Source of the DNA: a virus
Direction: 5' to 3' (one strand)
IMG/VR virus record: IMGVR_UViG_3300027906_000009
Coordinates: 1 to 64,000 of that record
DNA: 64,000 nt
The position numbers and the translations under genes were made by a program. The notes under the pieces are model-generated. The model saw only the letters and a program-made list of their open reading frames with translations, was not told where the DNA came from and searched no databases. Below are positions 35,338 to 46,287 of this stretch, in pieces (the stretch's first letter is position 1; each line of letters begins with the position of its first letter).

Positions 35338-36522
35338 TCAAAGATCTATGCTCATTTTAATCATAAAATCTTTTTTTTCAACTTTTTTTATAGGATTTGC
35401 CAAAGAAACAACTGCTATCAAATTTTTGTTTTTATCATATATTCCTACTTTGGAAATATAGGTTTCTCCATCATATTCTTCTTCATACTCTTTATACAGT
35501 GATTTGTTTATTTTTTTTATATTCCTCCTTCTTTCTACATAATGAGAACCAGAAAAGGAATAATTTGATGATGATAGATATTCTAAATAAGTTGGGTTCA
35601 AAGAATAGTTCTCTTCGCTTTTTTCTGCGTATGCATACATTGTAAGAGAAGGTATTTTATTTACACCATTTGCGGTGATTGTATATGATGAAGAAGCAAT
35701 ATTTTTGTGAGCAATGGCTGTACCCACCTGCCTCACTCCTGTCCCAAAATTATTCCAACTTGGAGAAGATAAGGAAGAATTAGAATAAAAATAATCAGTA
35801 TAACTAGAATGCAAAGAAGAGCTAGAATGCAACATTATTATTCCCTGATTGTACAAAATAGTTCCCACTGTCTGGCCAGAAGTAGAACCAGAAGTCTGTA
35901 TTAATCTACCATCCTTTTTTATATCAGCAGCCTCTGCTAGCAGCGCGCCTGTCAAGTGATATTTTAAATTAATAGTACCTCTCTCTAATTTAGAACCATA
36001 TACAATACCGGGAATACAAATTAAGTTCAGTTCAGATTGTTTAATTTGATCGTAATTATTGTGATAGTTAAAAGGTACCTGGGTTTTCAAGGGATTATTA
36101 AGAGCCACTATATATTTTTTATTGGAATGGGGTAAGCCCAATGAGGAACTAAAAATGGGCCCGCTTGGTATATATATTCTAGACAAAGAAGAAGTTACAG
36201 GATAGGACTGGGTCATCGTTGAGCCATATGCAAACATTGATAGGTCGTCGAACTGACTTGTACTAACGGTTCGATAAGCGTGACGCGTACTGGTCTTTTC
36301 TATAAAACCATGAACCATTGAGCCTGATGGTCGATTTATATTTAATTCATGAAGGCTAACTTCTCCCTGAGATATATGCTTAATAGTATTAGAAAAATCA
36401 CCTTGTAAATTTTTTTCTTCTTGATAATATACTGAACCGCTGTGAACTATATAATTAATCTCTGGTTTCGTCAAGACAGTATTATAAACTAGGTCTTTCT
36501 TTTCGAAACTTTTAAAAGACAT
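35338..36522 (-). CDS. Conserved baseplate/virion protein (paralog of the adjacent 481-aa protein)
   Basis: C-terminal NYSLNPTY...TYISKVGIYD...LIAVVSLANPIKK. Confidence 0.65.
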   Translation of the reverse strand: MSFKSFEKKDLVYNTVLTKPEINYIVHSGSVYYQEEKNLQGDFSNTIKHISQGEVSLHELNINRPSGSMVHGFIEKTSTRHAYRTVSTSQFDDLSMFAYGSTMTQSYPVTSSLSRIYIPSGPIFSSSLGLPHSNKKYIVALNNPLKTQVPFNYHNNYDQIKQSELNLICIPGIVYGSKLERGTINLKYHLTGALLAEAADIKKDGRLIQTSGSTSGQTVGTILYNQGIIMLHSSSSLHSSYTDYFYSNSSLSSPSWNNFGTGVRQVGTAIAHKNIASSSYTITANGVNKIPSLTMYAYAEKSEENYSLNPTYLEYLSSSNYSFSGSHYVERRRNIKKINKSLYKEYEEEYDGETYISKVGIYDKNKNLIAVVSLANPIKKVEKKDFMIKMSIDL

Positions 36523-36523
36523 T

Positions 36524-37969
36524 TTAAAAGTCCAAGCGAACGCGGAGGGTCAATTCATTAGTTGGATCTTTTCTGAGGGGTTCTGACAACTTAGCAACGG
36601 CTAATAACTCATTATCTGCTGAATATAGCCCAACTGTTGTGACATAGGATCTTGGGAGATTAAGAATCTCATTTGTGCCCGGATTAGTTTTAACCCTAAT
36701 TTTACTTCCTGTTAAGTATGTTGGGTTGGAACTATAATTAAATTCTGCGTTGTTTGCTCTACAAAAATAAATTGTAGAATTCAATTCAGTTGTGTTGTTA
36801 AAAGATATATTTTGGACCCTTCTCCTTATTCCATCTGCAAAGTTATCAATAGTTGCTTTCTTTAAAACATCGGAAGCAGAAGATGTAGCATTATTCATTA
36901 TTTGTGCTGCACTTGGAAAAACTGATGGGTTCAATACTGCGACTCCGGCTTGATAGTAGATCAAACCAACACTTCCAGCGTCAACGCCGCCTATAAATGC
37001 TCCATCTGCATCATTGGCTCCGCCATTGATACTCATACCTGAGAGTCCATTAGCGATCGCGGTGTTACCGGCGGCACCGGAGTGTTTCTGGGTGATTGTC
37101 ATCTCGTATGGGCCCGAGGATCCTCCGGGTCGAGTCACAGCGCTGACTGTTACCAAGTCTTTAATAGTGGCATTTGCTTCTATTCTAGCCTTCAAGTTCG
37201 ACAGGCCTGCGTCAGTGCCTCCGCGGGCGAAAGTATTACCAGTATTGGAGGAGTTGTGAGTAGTGAAGACCTCGGCTGCTTGCAGCGTCCCATCTGCTTT
37301 GAGTACAATGAAAGAAATTGTCTGGCCGGCGCCTGAGTCATTTTGAGAAGATAATGTTGCCGACGCGGCCTGAGCGGTGGCTTTTAAAATGCCATATTCG
37401 CCGGCAGGGGAGTTAATTTTATATGAATTAACTGCGTCTGAGTCTGAAATAGTAGAGATTGAATTGAAAGGAGATGCATAAGTTGTGTTCGTTCCAACTT
37501 TCATAGAAAAGCTACCCTTTTTAATCTCATCTTTTACAAGCAGTCTTGAAAAATTTAAAAATATAACATCATCATGTTTAGTGCCGCCTGTACCAGAAAA
37601 GTCTCCATCAGCGTCAAATCTTCTAATTTTAGAATCAGTATCAAAACCGACTAAAACTTGCGCCATTTGATTATATATATTTACTTTTTTTGATACTTGA
37701 GAATTTGCTGAGCTAGAAACAGATGCTGCATTTGTACTGAATCCTGCTGAAATATCAAAAATATGGTTTGCGGAAGAGCTTTGGTATGGGTAATCATATA
37801 CTGACTGGAACATTCCATGAGAAAAACTTTTTATATTGATCTCTCTGCCGGATGATGCTGCTGCATATGTTCCTGCTAGTAACGTTCCTGTAATTGGTAT
37901 GCTTTCATGCAAAAGCGTTCTTGATGTTGTTTTGTCTCTTTGTGTTAGTGGTTTAAACGAAACTGCCAT
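36524..37969 (-). CDS. Conserved baseplate/virion protein carrying an inserted domain
   Basis: YFCRA...EFNYSSNPTY...YVTTVGLY...LLAVAKLSEPLRK...VRLDF. Confidence 0.7.
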   Translation of the reverse strand: MAVSFKPLTQRDKTTSRTLLHESIPITGTLLAGTYAAASSGREINIKSFSHGMFQSVYDYPYQSSSANHIFDISAGFSTNAASVSSSANSQVSKKVNIYNQMAQVLVGFDTDSKIRRFDADGDFSGTGGTKHDDVIFLNFSRLLVKDEIKKGSFSMKVGTNTTYASPFNSISTISDSDAVNSYKINSPAGEYGILKATAQAASATLSSQNDSGAGQTISFIVLKADGTLQAAEVFTTHNSSNTGNTFARGGTDAGLSNLKARIEANATIKDLVTVSAVTRPGGSSGPYEMTITQKHSGAAGNTAIANGLSGMSINGGANDADGAFIGGVDAGSVGLIYYQAGVAVLNPSVFPSAAQIMNNATSSASDVLKKATIDNFADGIRRRVQNISFNNTTELNSTIYFCRANNAEFNYSSNPTYLTGSKIRVKTNPGTNEILNLPRSYVTTVGLYSADNELLAVAKLSEPLRKDPTNELTLRVRLDF

Positions 37970-37994
37970 TTTTTTCTCCTAAAATTAACTATTA

Positions 37995-39017
37995 TTACGT
38001 TGAAAAGGTTTTGCCCTTTATTATTCTTATTGGTATATCTACAGAATTTCCGGTTGTAGCACCAGTGACTGTGATATTCGTGTCTATGTATTTATAAGTT
38101 GCCAGTTTGGCGCCGCGGAAGCTTAAATTGACCCCAGATGATCCGAATTCATCAAAAAGACTATCTCCCTGGTGTATCAAATCTGAAACCCTTGGCGTAA
38201 CTCTTAGTATACTGCCGAGAGGACCGTCAAACATCTCCCGTGATTTGAATTTCTTTATTGCATCAGGCTCAGCGCCTGATGTTATTTTATGACGCATTCT
38301 ACCTTTTATGTTTTCTCTTGTTCCGACAATGGCGGATGACTGTTGTGAATCTACAATATAATATGTAGCTATTGAATCGTCATCGATAAATTGCTCTGTC
38401 ATGGTAATTACGGAATCCGTAGCGTTTTTGCCTCCAATAAATCCCTGTAGTCTCAACAATCTATGATCCATTTTCACTATGTAGGATGTTTCCAGAAGGG
38501 ATCCATCTATGTCTTGAGTTATAGACATTCCATTTTCGCTCGAATCGATTCCCTGGTCGACGCATATATGTGTGGTTTCCGAAGAGAACTCTCCCGGTAG
38601 GCCGTGGAGAAAGCCTGTTGCCGCGGTTGTTGTTGCATTATTGTCCACTTCAAAGGTCTTTGAGTCTGCAAGCAGATAATATCCACCAGTAGCCGCAATT
38701 GGCTTACAATCATCATAAGTATTATTGATCTTCAATATTGGCATAAACAAAACATTGTCCGCGGACAATGTTAGCAATCTAGATTTCATAATCGACTGGT
38801 CGCTGGTAAAAGCCTCTAATACTGGGGATTGTAAAATTTCCAGGTCATAAAAGGCACTGCCTCTTGCATCAGATGAATTCCACAGTTCGTAGTTTATCTC
38901 TTCATCACCTAACGCGAATTTTGCAATATTAAATTTACCCGATGCAAGTCTCTTTCTGCCTAAATCTGTTAAGACAGCGTCCAGAATAATATCGCCCGAG
39001 TTGTCTAAAAATGCCAT
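37995..39017 (-). CDS. Conserved virion structural protein
   Basis: MAFLDNSGDIILDAVLTDLGRKRLA...FALGDEEINY...PVLEA; AGGAG RBS and ACTAATTA upstream. Confidence 0.7.
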   Translation of the reverse strand: MAFLDNSGDIILDAVLTDLGRKRLASGKFNIAKFALGDEEINYELWNSSDARGSAFYDLEILQSPVLEAFTSDQSIMKSRLLTLSADNVLFMPILKINNTYDDCKPIAATGGYYLLADSKTFEVDNNATTTAATGFLHGLPGEFSSETTHICVDQGIDSSENGMSITQDIDGSLLETSYIVKMDHRLLRLQGFIGGKNATDSVITMTEQFIDDDSIATYYIVDSQQSSAIVGTRENIKGRMRHKITSGAEPDAIKKFKSREMFDGPLGSILRVTPRVSDLIHQGDSLFDEFGSSGVNLSFRGAKLATYKYIDTNITVTGATTGNSVDIPIRIIKGKTFST

Positions 39018-39107
39018 TATAATACTCCTTTTAAATACAAAATCATTAGTAATTAGTATTTTATATGTAATAATTCTTTTTTATTTGCGTCTCATTTCCT
39101 ATATTTT

Positions 39108-42100
39108 TTAATATTCCCCAGGATGTCCAGGACCGAATGGTGGCTTCTTACGTTTGCCCGCGCGTCCAGAGGGAGTTTGTTGTTTTTCGCCTTGTCCAGT
39201 TCCACCAACGCCGGAATATATTTTACTTGGAATTCTACCCTGGCCAGAGCCACCAGGGCCGGCGCCGAAGGGCATTTGTCGGTTTCCTTGACCAGAGCCA
39301 CCAGGGCCTGCGCCGAAGGGCATTTGTCGGCTTCCTTGACCAGAGCCACCAGGGCCTGCGCCGAAGGGCATTTGTCGGCTTCCTTGACCAGAGCCACCAG
39401 GGCCTGCGCCTGGTGGTGAACCACCCTGATCTTGGGGAATTTCCCCCATTGCTACGCCGAGCCAATATAAGTTACCTAACAGAATATTCGTGTTGTCGCC
39501 AAATACGCCCTGCCTGAATAATGATAGCTGTCTCATAATATTTTCTTTCTCTATTTTTTTATTAACACACGAGTTTACAAACTCCGTTACTATTAAATCA
39601 TCCCACAGACTACGTGTAAGATCGCGATAGCCCGCAAATAAGCCAGGATTATTTCTAAGATTAATATGAGAATAGGAGGTTCTGATATCCATTGATTCAC
39701 CTGTTTCTGTTGACGTTACCCTAAATACAAAATCCCTATTCCAAACTGAATCTTCTTGATTAGCCGAGCCCAAAGAAACCCCATCGGTACCCCTAGAGGT
39801 TTCAGTCAGACCCTCTGGGTCGTCTTCGTTTGGATACTCTGAAGATGCACTTAAGTCTATGTAAGTTTGAATATCTGCCAAGTCCACTTCTAAATATCTA
39901 TCAAATTCTAGACTATCTTCTTCAATATTAGGAAAGTTATATATGTCTAACTCCCAATAACCATCTGTGTCTATCATAACCTTCACAACTTTTGATGGAT
40001 TTGATATACCTGCATAATCTCGAGTACGGAATGTCAAATAATATGTTTTATTTTTTCTAAAATACACTGAGAAGTAGGGATACCGCGCAGTTGTCTCCTC
40101 GAATCTGCCTTGTGAAAAGTCTTCATAATCCTGTGGAGGTTCAGATAAAACCAACATCTGATAGTGAGTTGGGTTTGAATCTGAACCATATTGTATATCA
40201 GTTTCACCTTCTTCGATATTTTGCACTCTCGTCATTCTTTCAATTATCTGCCTATCGCCCTCTATAATGGAAATTGGTGTCTCGGTGTATCTGCCGTGAT
40301 TTTGATCAAAAACTATTAAAGACTGCACAAGGTCAATTCCGACATCTCCTCTATAAAATTTTACCTCTGGTGATAATGGAGGGAGATCTGCGACCAAAAC
40401 ATCTTGCGAGAAATAAGGTGCTTCGATAATTGAAAAATATGTATTTGTTACGACGGGAATTTTAAGTGAAAAACTCGGGCCATGGACCACATTGTTACCT
40501 TCGTCATCGATTGAGCCCACTGGGTTGCGGACTGTTCCAAGCTTATAGCCCAAATCTCTAGTATACTTATATTTTGACCCTACAACAAAATTTATAGTAT
40601 ATATATTATAAGTGTATTCTTGACCATATAATATTTGAGTATCTAAAAACTCAAACTGTGACATACCCGGATCATTAAAGAAATAAAATTGTTGTATTAC
40701 CTCATTAGTTGCTTTGTTAATTTTCTCTATACGATAAGCCATTACTTCTGAATATGAAAGATTTCCTTTCAAAATCCTATCAAATGTCCTAGTTTTATCT
40801 GCTATGAAAGTTAACAATTGTTCTCCAAAATCAGCGAGGTTGGAAACCATATTAGCTTTCCAAACACCGCGGGAATCTGGGTTTAAAAAAGTGGCTGTAC
40901 CGGGGTCCGTTGAAAAACCTAATGGATAATCATCCGGGTCCATAGCTTCTGCCAAGGATCTAGAATTAAGTGTACCCTCAGTCGAAGTTAAATAAGCTTC
41001 AATAAGATTTAATATATCTTCCTGTGCGCGGGGTTTGTAATATTTTGATACTTTCTCTCCAGTATTTATATTGGGATAAATAGGAAAATCCACTTTTGTT
41101 TCTAGGATTTGTGCGTAAACCTTTTCCGTTGATATGCTCTCTGGATCCAAAATTCCTATCATCAGAGAGTCTAAATCATGATCTCTCAATAATTTAGTTA
41201 TCTCCCCCTTATCTTGATCCGGTGTTGGGAAGGCAATTCTGGTATGGATCTGCGCTAGTGGTTGTGCTATATTAAAAAAGCTTGCAAAATCTGTGTTGGC
41301 TGCCGGGTCCATCGCGGACTCATTTATATTTAACATTTTCACTGTTTCTTCTGCCGGAAACTTTTGCACCATTTCGTCTTCAGCACAAGGAAATGGGACA
41401 CTGTCAGTCCCTTCACCATGTCCATATTCATAAGAAAATCTCCTATAAATACTTTGCTTTGTTAGTTCTGGCGGAATGGCCATTTCTGGTCTTCTTGATG
41501 CATAATCATATTCTCCTCCTAGCCAGGTAGGAACTTCATCTTCATATATGAGTTGATTTGGTATCCTAACTTGTATATCTACCAAGTGTGGGAAAACTTC
41601 AGATCTTTGATCTGCTTCTTGTGCAAAATAAGCAGCAGGTGCTTTGAAGGAATTATCACTAAATTGTCTCTGTTTATCTGGCACCATACTCTCCATGAGT
41701 GCTCTTGCGTCGTCAGAATCGAAGTTTGCTATTTGAGAAATAACTGTATGGTCCAAATTCAATGAAACGAGTTCTCTATTTCTTATATTTATCTGACTCG
41801 CTATTGGATTAGGATCGTCCGGATCTTGTATTAAAGCTTCGGGACCGTTATTTTCAGTATTATTAATATGAAAGGGTACCCCCATTATCATTTCTGCAGA
41901 TTCAAAGCCTAAATATTGATTAAAGTTACCTGAAGCCTCATAGAATTCACTGTAAACTCTCCCTGTGCAAAACCGAAATTCGTCTACTAAATCATCCGAT
42001 AACAATCGTAGATCCGATGCTTGGCTTCCCTGTAGTGCCTGGGATGCGTCGTTAACGGCAAAAATTGGACTTCGAGGTAACCAGGTGAATATGTATGGCG

Positions 42101-42332
42101 CATAATAAAACTGCCTAGGGACTATAATGGAATATCTATAGTTTGGAGGCTCTGGAATATCATTTTGCGCAGATGGAAATTGTGGTAAGGTACTTGAAAG
42201 ATCGTAATCTCTAGCTGGACCTGGCGGGTCCGAGGAGGGGGAGGGGGATGATCCGTCACCCGAGGAGGCCCCGGGGGTACTAGAACCTTCTTCAATTTCT
42301 AACTCTCGACACGGGTCTTCAAATTCTGACAT
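39108..42332 (-). CDS. Large acidic putative virion protein with a C-terminal Gly/Pro/Gln repeat
   Basis: 1074-aa ORF in the baseplate cluster; YRIEK...FLDTQILYGQEYTY, YYLTFR...SNPS (FN3-like pattern). Confidence 0.65.
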   Translation of the reverse strand: MSEFEDPCRELEIEEGSSTPGASSGDGSSPSPSSDPPGPARDYDLSSTLPQFPSAQNDIPEPPNYRYSIIVPRQFYYAPYIFTWLPRSPIFAVNDASQALQGSQASDLRLLSDDLVDEFRFCTGRVYSEFYEASGNFNQYLGFESAEMIMGVPFHINNTENNGPEALIQDPDDPNPIASQINIRNRELVSLNLDHTVISQIANFDSDDARALMESMVPDKQRQFSDNSFKAPAAYFAQEADQRSEVFPHLVDIQVRIPNQLIYEDEVPTWLGGEYDYASRRPEMAIPPELTKQSIYRRFSYEYGHGEGTDSVPFPCAEDEMVQKFPAEETVKMLNINESAMDPAANTDFASFFNIAQPLAQIHTRIAFPTPDQDKGEITKLLRDHDLDSLMIGILDPESISTEKVYAQILETKVDFPIYPNINTGEKVSKYYKPRAQEDILNLIEAYLTSTEGTLNSRSLAEAMDPDDYPLGFSTDPGTATFLNPDSRGVWKANMVSNLADFGEQLLTFIADKTRTFDRILKGNLSYSEVMAYRIEKINKATNEVIQQFYFFNDPGMSQFEFLDTQILYGQEYTYNIYTINFVVGSKYKYTRDLGYKLGTVRNPVGSIDDEGNNVVHGPSFSLKIPVVTNTYFSIIEAPYFSQDVLVADLPPLSPEVKFYRGDVGIDLVQSLIVFDQNHGRYTETPISIIEGDRQIIERMTRVQNIEEGETDIQYGSDSNPTHYQMLVLSEPPQDYEDFSQGRFEETTARYPYFSVYFRKNKTYYLTFRTRDYAGISNPSKVVKVMIDTDGYWELDIYNFPNIEEDSLEFDRYLEVDLADIQTYIDLSASSEYPNEDDPEGLTETSRGTDGVSLGSANQEDSVWNRDFVFRVTSTETGESMDIRTSYSHINLRNNPGLFAGYRDLTRSLWDDLIVTEFVNSCVNKKIEKENIMRQLSLFRQGVFGDNTNILLGNLYWLGVAMGEIPQDQGGSPPGAGPGGSGQGSRQMPFGAGPGGSGQGSRQMPFGAGPGGSGQGNRQMPFGAGPGGSGQGRIPSKIYSGVGGTGQGEKQQTPSGRAGKRKKPPFGPGHPGEY
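39238..39410 (-). repeat. 48-bp tandem repeat, ~3.6 copies (GAGPGGSGQGSRQMPF)
   Basis: CCAGAGCCACC anchor at 39244, 39292, 39340 and 39388. Confidence 0.95.
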
Positions 42333-42337
42333 TTTCT

Positions 42338-45300
42338 TTATATCTCCAAAAATATTGAGTTGTTTACTGCTATGGCCTGACCCTCGTCAACCATGGGATC
42401 AAGTTTTACAAAAATAATACCAGGGGATAACATAGGTTGGTTTTCTATCTCTATATCACTAATATCAATTGGCTGCGGGTCTAAACCCGGAGTATAAATT
42501 TTAAGCTGTCTGCCATGGTCCTCAAATGGATTATTTTCCAGCGACACGCCTGGGCGAGGTTGGTCAAATATTTTTTTTGTTTTTCCTTCATTCAAAAAAT
42601 TAGTCTTATAGCTTTTATTATTGATAATATCATCAGATAATACCCTGTAATTGCTAAACATCTTTAATAACATATCATAAATGCTTGATACCTTTTCTTT
42701 TGTTAGGGATAAATCTTTATAACTTTTTTCAACTTCGTCTAAGAAAAAGTTCTTTTTGTCCCCCCTATACGCGGCTCTACAGATTGCTTCTCTGAAGCCG
42801 GCTGATGTGTCAGGTAATATAAAGTTAAAAAGCTCATTGTCTCGAAAGTTTGGCAAATTAGAAAACAATTCTGTCCCCCCTTTGGATAATCCGAATGATA
42901 TGCCTTTATAAAATTTCTTAAGAGCAGAAGAATAAAAACTAAACTCTGGCTTTTCCGAGAAACCCAGATCTCTAAGAGAAGGATCCTGAAGTAAAATTAT
43001 TTTCTTGTCAATTTGAGATTTCTTTTCTTTTTTTGCAGATCGATATTCTTCTGAACTAATAACAGTCTTTACCGACCCATGTGTTTTGTTATCTGGGTGG
43101 ATATGTTTTGTACTCTTTCCTCGCGAGGAGGCAGATTTCTGATTGTTGGTGCTTTCTTTTGAAAGTTTCTTTTCCTTTGTATCATTTCTCGTTTTTTTAA
43201 CTAAACAAAATCTATATGGAGAGACCATAGTGGATCCTGATTTCGTTTTTTTTAAAAATTTCGTAGTGTCCCTTTTTGTCAACTCTTTTTTATAATTTTC
43301 AAATTTTTTAGATGGCTGATAGTTTGTCTCCTCTTTTGAGAAGTCTGCTAATAAAGAGGTTGGTTTAAAGGATTCTATAACTATGCCCGTTTTAGTACTT
43401 ACAGATATTATTTTAGCAGGGTATCGGGAGGACATACTAGGAATTGTATATTCAGTATTTGCAATACCATAATCTATAATTTTTTCCTCTCCTGAGAGGA
43501 TGACATTTTTTAAAGATTTATAAGAGTTATCCAGTATAATCAACAACTCCCTTAGTCTATTTATTTTTATAAATGACAAATTAAACGCAGATTGTAAATT
43601 TACAGTGCTTTCCGCTACTAAGTCTTGCCTTGTCTTTCCAGATAATAATGATTGTGTATTATATAAATAATTAATTGCTTGGGTTACTATACTTTGGTTA
43701 CTTGCGTCTTCTAGAAAAGAAGAAGTGAATTGTTGCTTGTTATAATTGTAACTTCCAGAATGGCCATCAAGGGACAAGACATTATGTGGTACAGATGCTT
43801 TATTTATAAATGATTCAAACTGTTTTAAAAATTCCTTTAATTGTTTGGTTTCTTGTTCTAAAACCATACTTATTCCATCACAAACTTCTAGTTCAATTTT
43901 GTAGGTATATTTTCCTGTATCAATATTATTAAATATGTCGTAATCTCTTATAATAAATTGTCTGGAATGTGGACTTCCAGGTACAAAAATATAGGTATTT
44001 TTTTTTGTTCTATTTAGAGTATGAATTCGCGATTCGAAAATAGAGCCGCGGTTGTTTCTTGTTTTATATAGATTATCTTTTAACATATCATCTGTTATTA
44101 AAAAAGCCGGTTTCTTAGTATTTTTTTTATCGCTGGATGATATAATTTCAAAACTTGGCTCATTCTTGTCGTATTCTACGTATTTTAAAGAAGATTGTTT
44201 ATTAGGTTGAGATGCTTTATTTTCTAATCTTTTTCTAAAAACTCTTAGATTTAAAATGTTGCTATAATATAACATTTTTCTTATCATCTGTTGATTATCA
44301 TACTTTTCATATAGAGAAATTAAAAATCCAAATCTCGAAAAATATTTTGCTAATCTTTTAAAGTTTACACTTGCGATGAACCCATAGTGGCTATCACTCA
44401 GGGCGCCCGATTCAGAAGAGGGATCATAGACCATATTTATATGAGAAGTTAGGTTTGTGCCATAGTCCAGTATATTAATATTATTAACTGACTCTATATT
44501 TTTATATTTTTCGAATGATTTTTCTGCATCTCTCAATGTGTTTGACATATCGAAGAAAGAGTGTATCTGTTGTGTTATTTCTTGATCATAACTGGGGTCG
44601 AAACCGTCTAAAGAAAACGCCATGTTTGGGTTTTGTCTTTGTTTCGTAGAAGTAGCGGCGAGAGGAAGATCTGATGTTATCTTATAATTTAATACTTCTC
44701 TAACTTCTAGCTTTTCACCCATCAGTCCTTTTTCGTGGCCGGCCATCCAACCAATATAGCCATTGGGGCCAGGGTTTGTTTCTCCGTGATAGTGTGCTGC
44801 TCCGTAATATGGCTGCAAGTGATTTGACTTTCCAGGGTTCGTTATATAAAAAACATCTCTAAATTCAGGGACCCTCAATATGCCGGTTTGGGTTTTAGAT
44901 AATAAGAGATCATACGACGCGCTGGTTCCGAAACTAATTTTTGTTGATTTTAGTGAATCATCAATCTCATTATTGATGAAGCACAATAGATGCAATTTTT
45001 CTAAATTTCTATTTTCTTGGATCTTGGAGATCCTATTGTGACTTATGCTGGTTTCATACATTATCTCAAAGTTATTCCTACCTTGTATATCTGATTGGTT
45101 AAATTCTATAGAATTATGATTTTGTAAAACTTCAGTCATTGGTATCTTTGTATATATTATATTTCCTTTATCTTTTCTATTAATGGAGTCCCACTTATTT
45201 AACAGACCCAATCTTGTATGTGCATTTAGAAATTGTGGTAAATATTTTTCTGCTTCAGAATCCACAAGTACCATATATAAAAAAGATTTATCCACAAAAG

Positions 45301-45439
45301 AACTTTGAGAAAAAGAATTAAATGATATTTGATCCCCCTGGTTATATAATAAAATTGTAATGTCAACTTTATTAGTGTCTGACGAGACATGTACTCTTTT
45401 AGTTTGTACAGCCGGGAAAAGATTAGAGTTGTATTTCAT
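42338..45439 (-). CDS. Large hypothetical protein (1033 aa), probably virion-associated
   Basis: Long ORF coupled to neighbours; contains the short motif YYGAAHYH...GYIGWMAGH. Confidence 0.65.
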   Translation of the reverse strand: MKYNSNLFPAVQTKRVHVSSDTNKVDITILLYNQGDQISFNSFSQSSFVDKSFLYMVLVDSEAEKYLPQFLNAHTRLGLLNKWDSINRKDKGNIIYTKIPMTEVLQNHNSIEFNQSDIQGRNNFEIMYETSISHNRISKIQENRNLEKLHLLCFINNEIDDSLKSTKISFGTSASYDLLLSKTQTGILRVPEFRDVFYITNPGKSNHLQPYYGAAHYHGETNPGPNGYIGWMAGHEKGLMGEKLEVREVLNYKITSDLPLAATSTKQRQNPNMAFSLDGFDPSYDQEITQQIHSFFDMSNTLRDAEKSFEKYKNIESVNNINILDYGTNLTSHINMVYDPSSESGALSDSHYGFIASVNFKRLAKYFSRFGFLISLYEKYDNQQMIRKMLYYSNILNLRVFRKRLENKASQPNKQSSLKYVEYDKNEPSFEIISSSDKKNTKKPAFLITDDMLKDNLYKTRNNRGSIFESRIHTLNRTKKNTYIFVPGSPHSRQFIIRDYDIFNNIDTGKYTYKIELEVCDGISMVLEQETKQLKEFLKQFESFINKASVPHNVLSLDGHSGSYNYNKQQFTSSFLEDASNQSIVTQAINYLYNTQSLLSGKTRQDLVAESTVNLQSAFNLSFIKINRLRELLIILDNSYKSLKNVILSGEEKIIDYGIANTEYTIPSMSSRYPAKIISVSTKTGIVIESFKPTSLLADFSKEETNYQPSKKFENYKKELTKRDTTKFLKKTKSGSTMVSPYRFCLVKKTRNDTKEKKLSKESTNNQKSASSRGKSTKHIHPDNKTHGSVKTVISSEEYRSAKKEKKSQIDKKIILLQDPSLRDLGFSEKPEFSFYSSALKKFYKGISFGLSKGGTELFSNLPNFRDNELFNFILPDTSAGFREAICRAAYRGDKKNFFLDEVEKSYKDLSLTKEKVSSIYDMLLKMFSNYRVLSDDIINNKSYKTNFLNEGKTKKIFDQPRPGVSLENNPFEDHGRQLKIYTPGLDPQPIDISDIEIENQPMLSPGIIFVKLDPMVDEGQAIAVNNSIFLEI

Positions 45440-46275
45440 ACATCTTCTCCCCTCTTGTAGTATCCGTTCTGCTTTTCTGTTTCTTCTTTCATTATCACAT
45501 CTTTGTCAGTTTTTATTTTAAATAATTTATTAATCTCTTTTAGTTTTTTAATTTTTCGCAGCACATCGTCGCCAGAATCGGTCTTTTCTACTTCAAAGAC
45601 CTCTATCTTAAAATTCTTAAAAGCTGAGTCTGCATTAAGTTGTTGTAAATCTAGCACTATTTTTTCTCTTAAAAGTTTAATTTTTGAGTTGTCCCTGAAG
45701 ATTATTTCGTCTGAGGCTAAGTCCACAAACTTTTCTGCGGAATACATGCTGGGATTCTCTATGTCTCCTCTCTCTTCCTTTAGGTTAAATTCTGGTATTA
45801 TATGGATTGTTGGCCTTTTTCTTGGCACACCTGAGCCTGTGATCTCTGAAAAGGTTATTTTTTCAAATTCTTTACCAAAATTGCGAAGATCAAATCGTGG
45901 TGCTTGTTGCACTCCTATATTCTTATTATTTAAAGGGTATAATAATATTTTTTCTTGTATTTTTTCTGCCACCTCTTTTATGATTGGTTCAAAAATATCT
46001 CTTTCTTTGCTTTCTATTTTCCTAGACTCCAAATCAAAACGTTCTTCTACGGGGCTTGTTAAATATTGTGTCTTTAATTTTGGAGTATTTTTCAAGATCC
46101 TGTCTTTGACATCGTTCTGGTGCTCGACAAAACCTGCACACTGAGAATTATATAATATATCATCATCAAAAAATTGATAAAACTGCGGCTTAAAAGACCC
46201 TATTGAATATAAATATTTGCCATATTGAGTAAGCTGTATATCCATAACTTCTTGTTGTTTGTCAAAAAATACCAT
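45436..46275 (-). CDS. Conserved virion protein (N-terminus paralogous to the 340-aa protein)
   Basis: FFDKQQEVMDIQLTQYGKYLYSIGSFKPQFYQFFDDDILY. Confidence 0.65.
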   Translation of the reverse strand: MVFFDKQQEVMDIQLTQYGKYLYSIGSFKPQFYQFFDDDILYNSQCAGFVEHQNDVKDRILKNTPKLKTQYLTSPVEERFDLESRKIESKERDIFEPIIKEVAEKIQEKILLYPLNNKNIGVQQAPRFDLRNFGKEFEKITFSEITGSGVPRKRPTIHIIPEFNLKEERGDIENPSMYSAEKFVDLASDEIIFRDNSKIKLLREKIVLDLQQLNADSAFKNFKIEVFEVEKTDSGDDVLRKIKKLKEINKLFKIKTDKDVIMKEETEKQNGYYKRGEDV

Positions 46276-46287
46276 TTACTTGTCCTT

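Noticed and set aside
39238-39410. Tandem repeat considered as a CRISPR array
   Set aside because: Units are contiguous with no unique spacers, the 48-bp period preserves the reading frame, and no cas genes are present
39092-39517. Overlapping alternative-frame ORFs over the repeat
   Set aside because: A stop-free repeat with a period divisible by 3 opens several frames automatically
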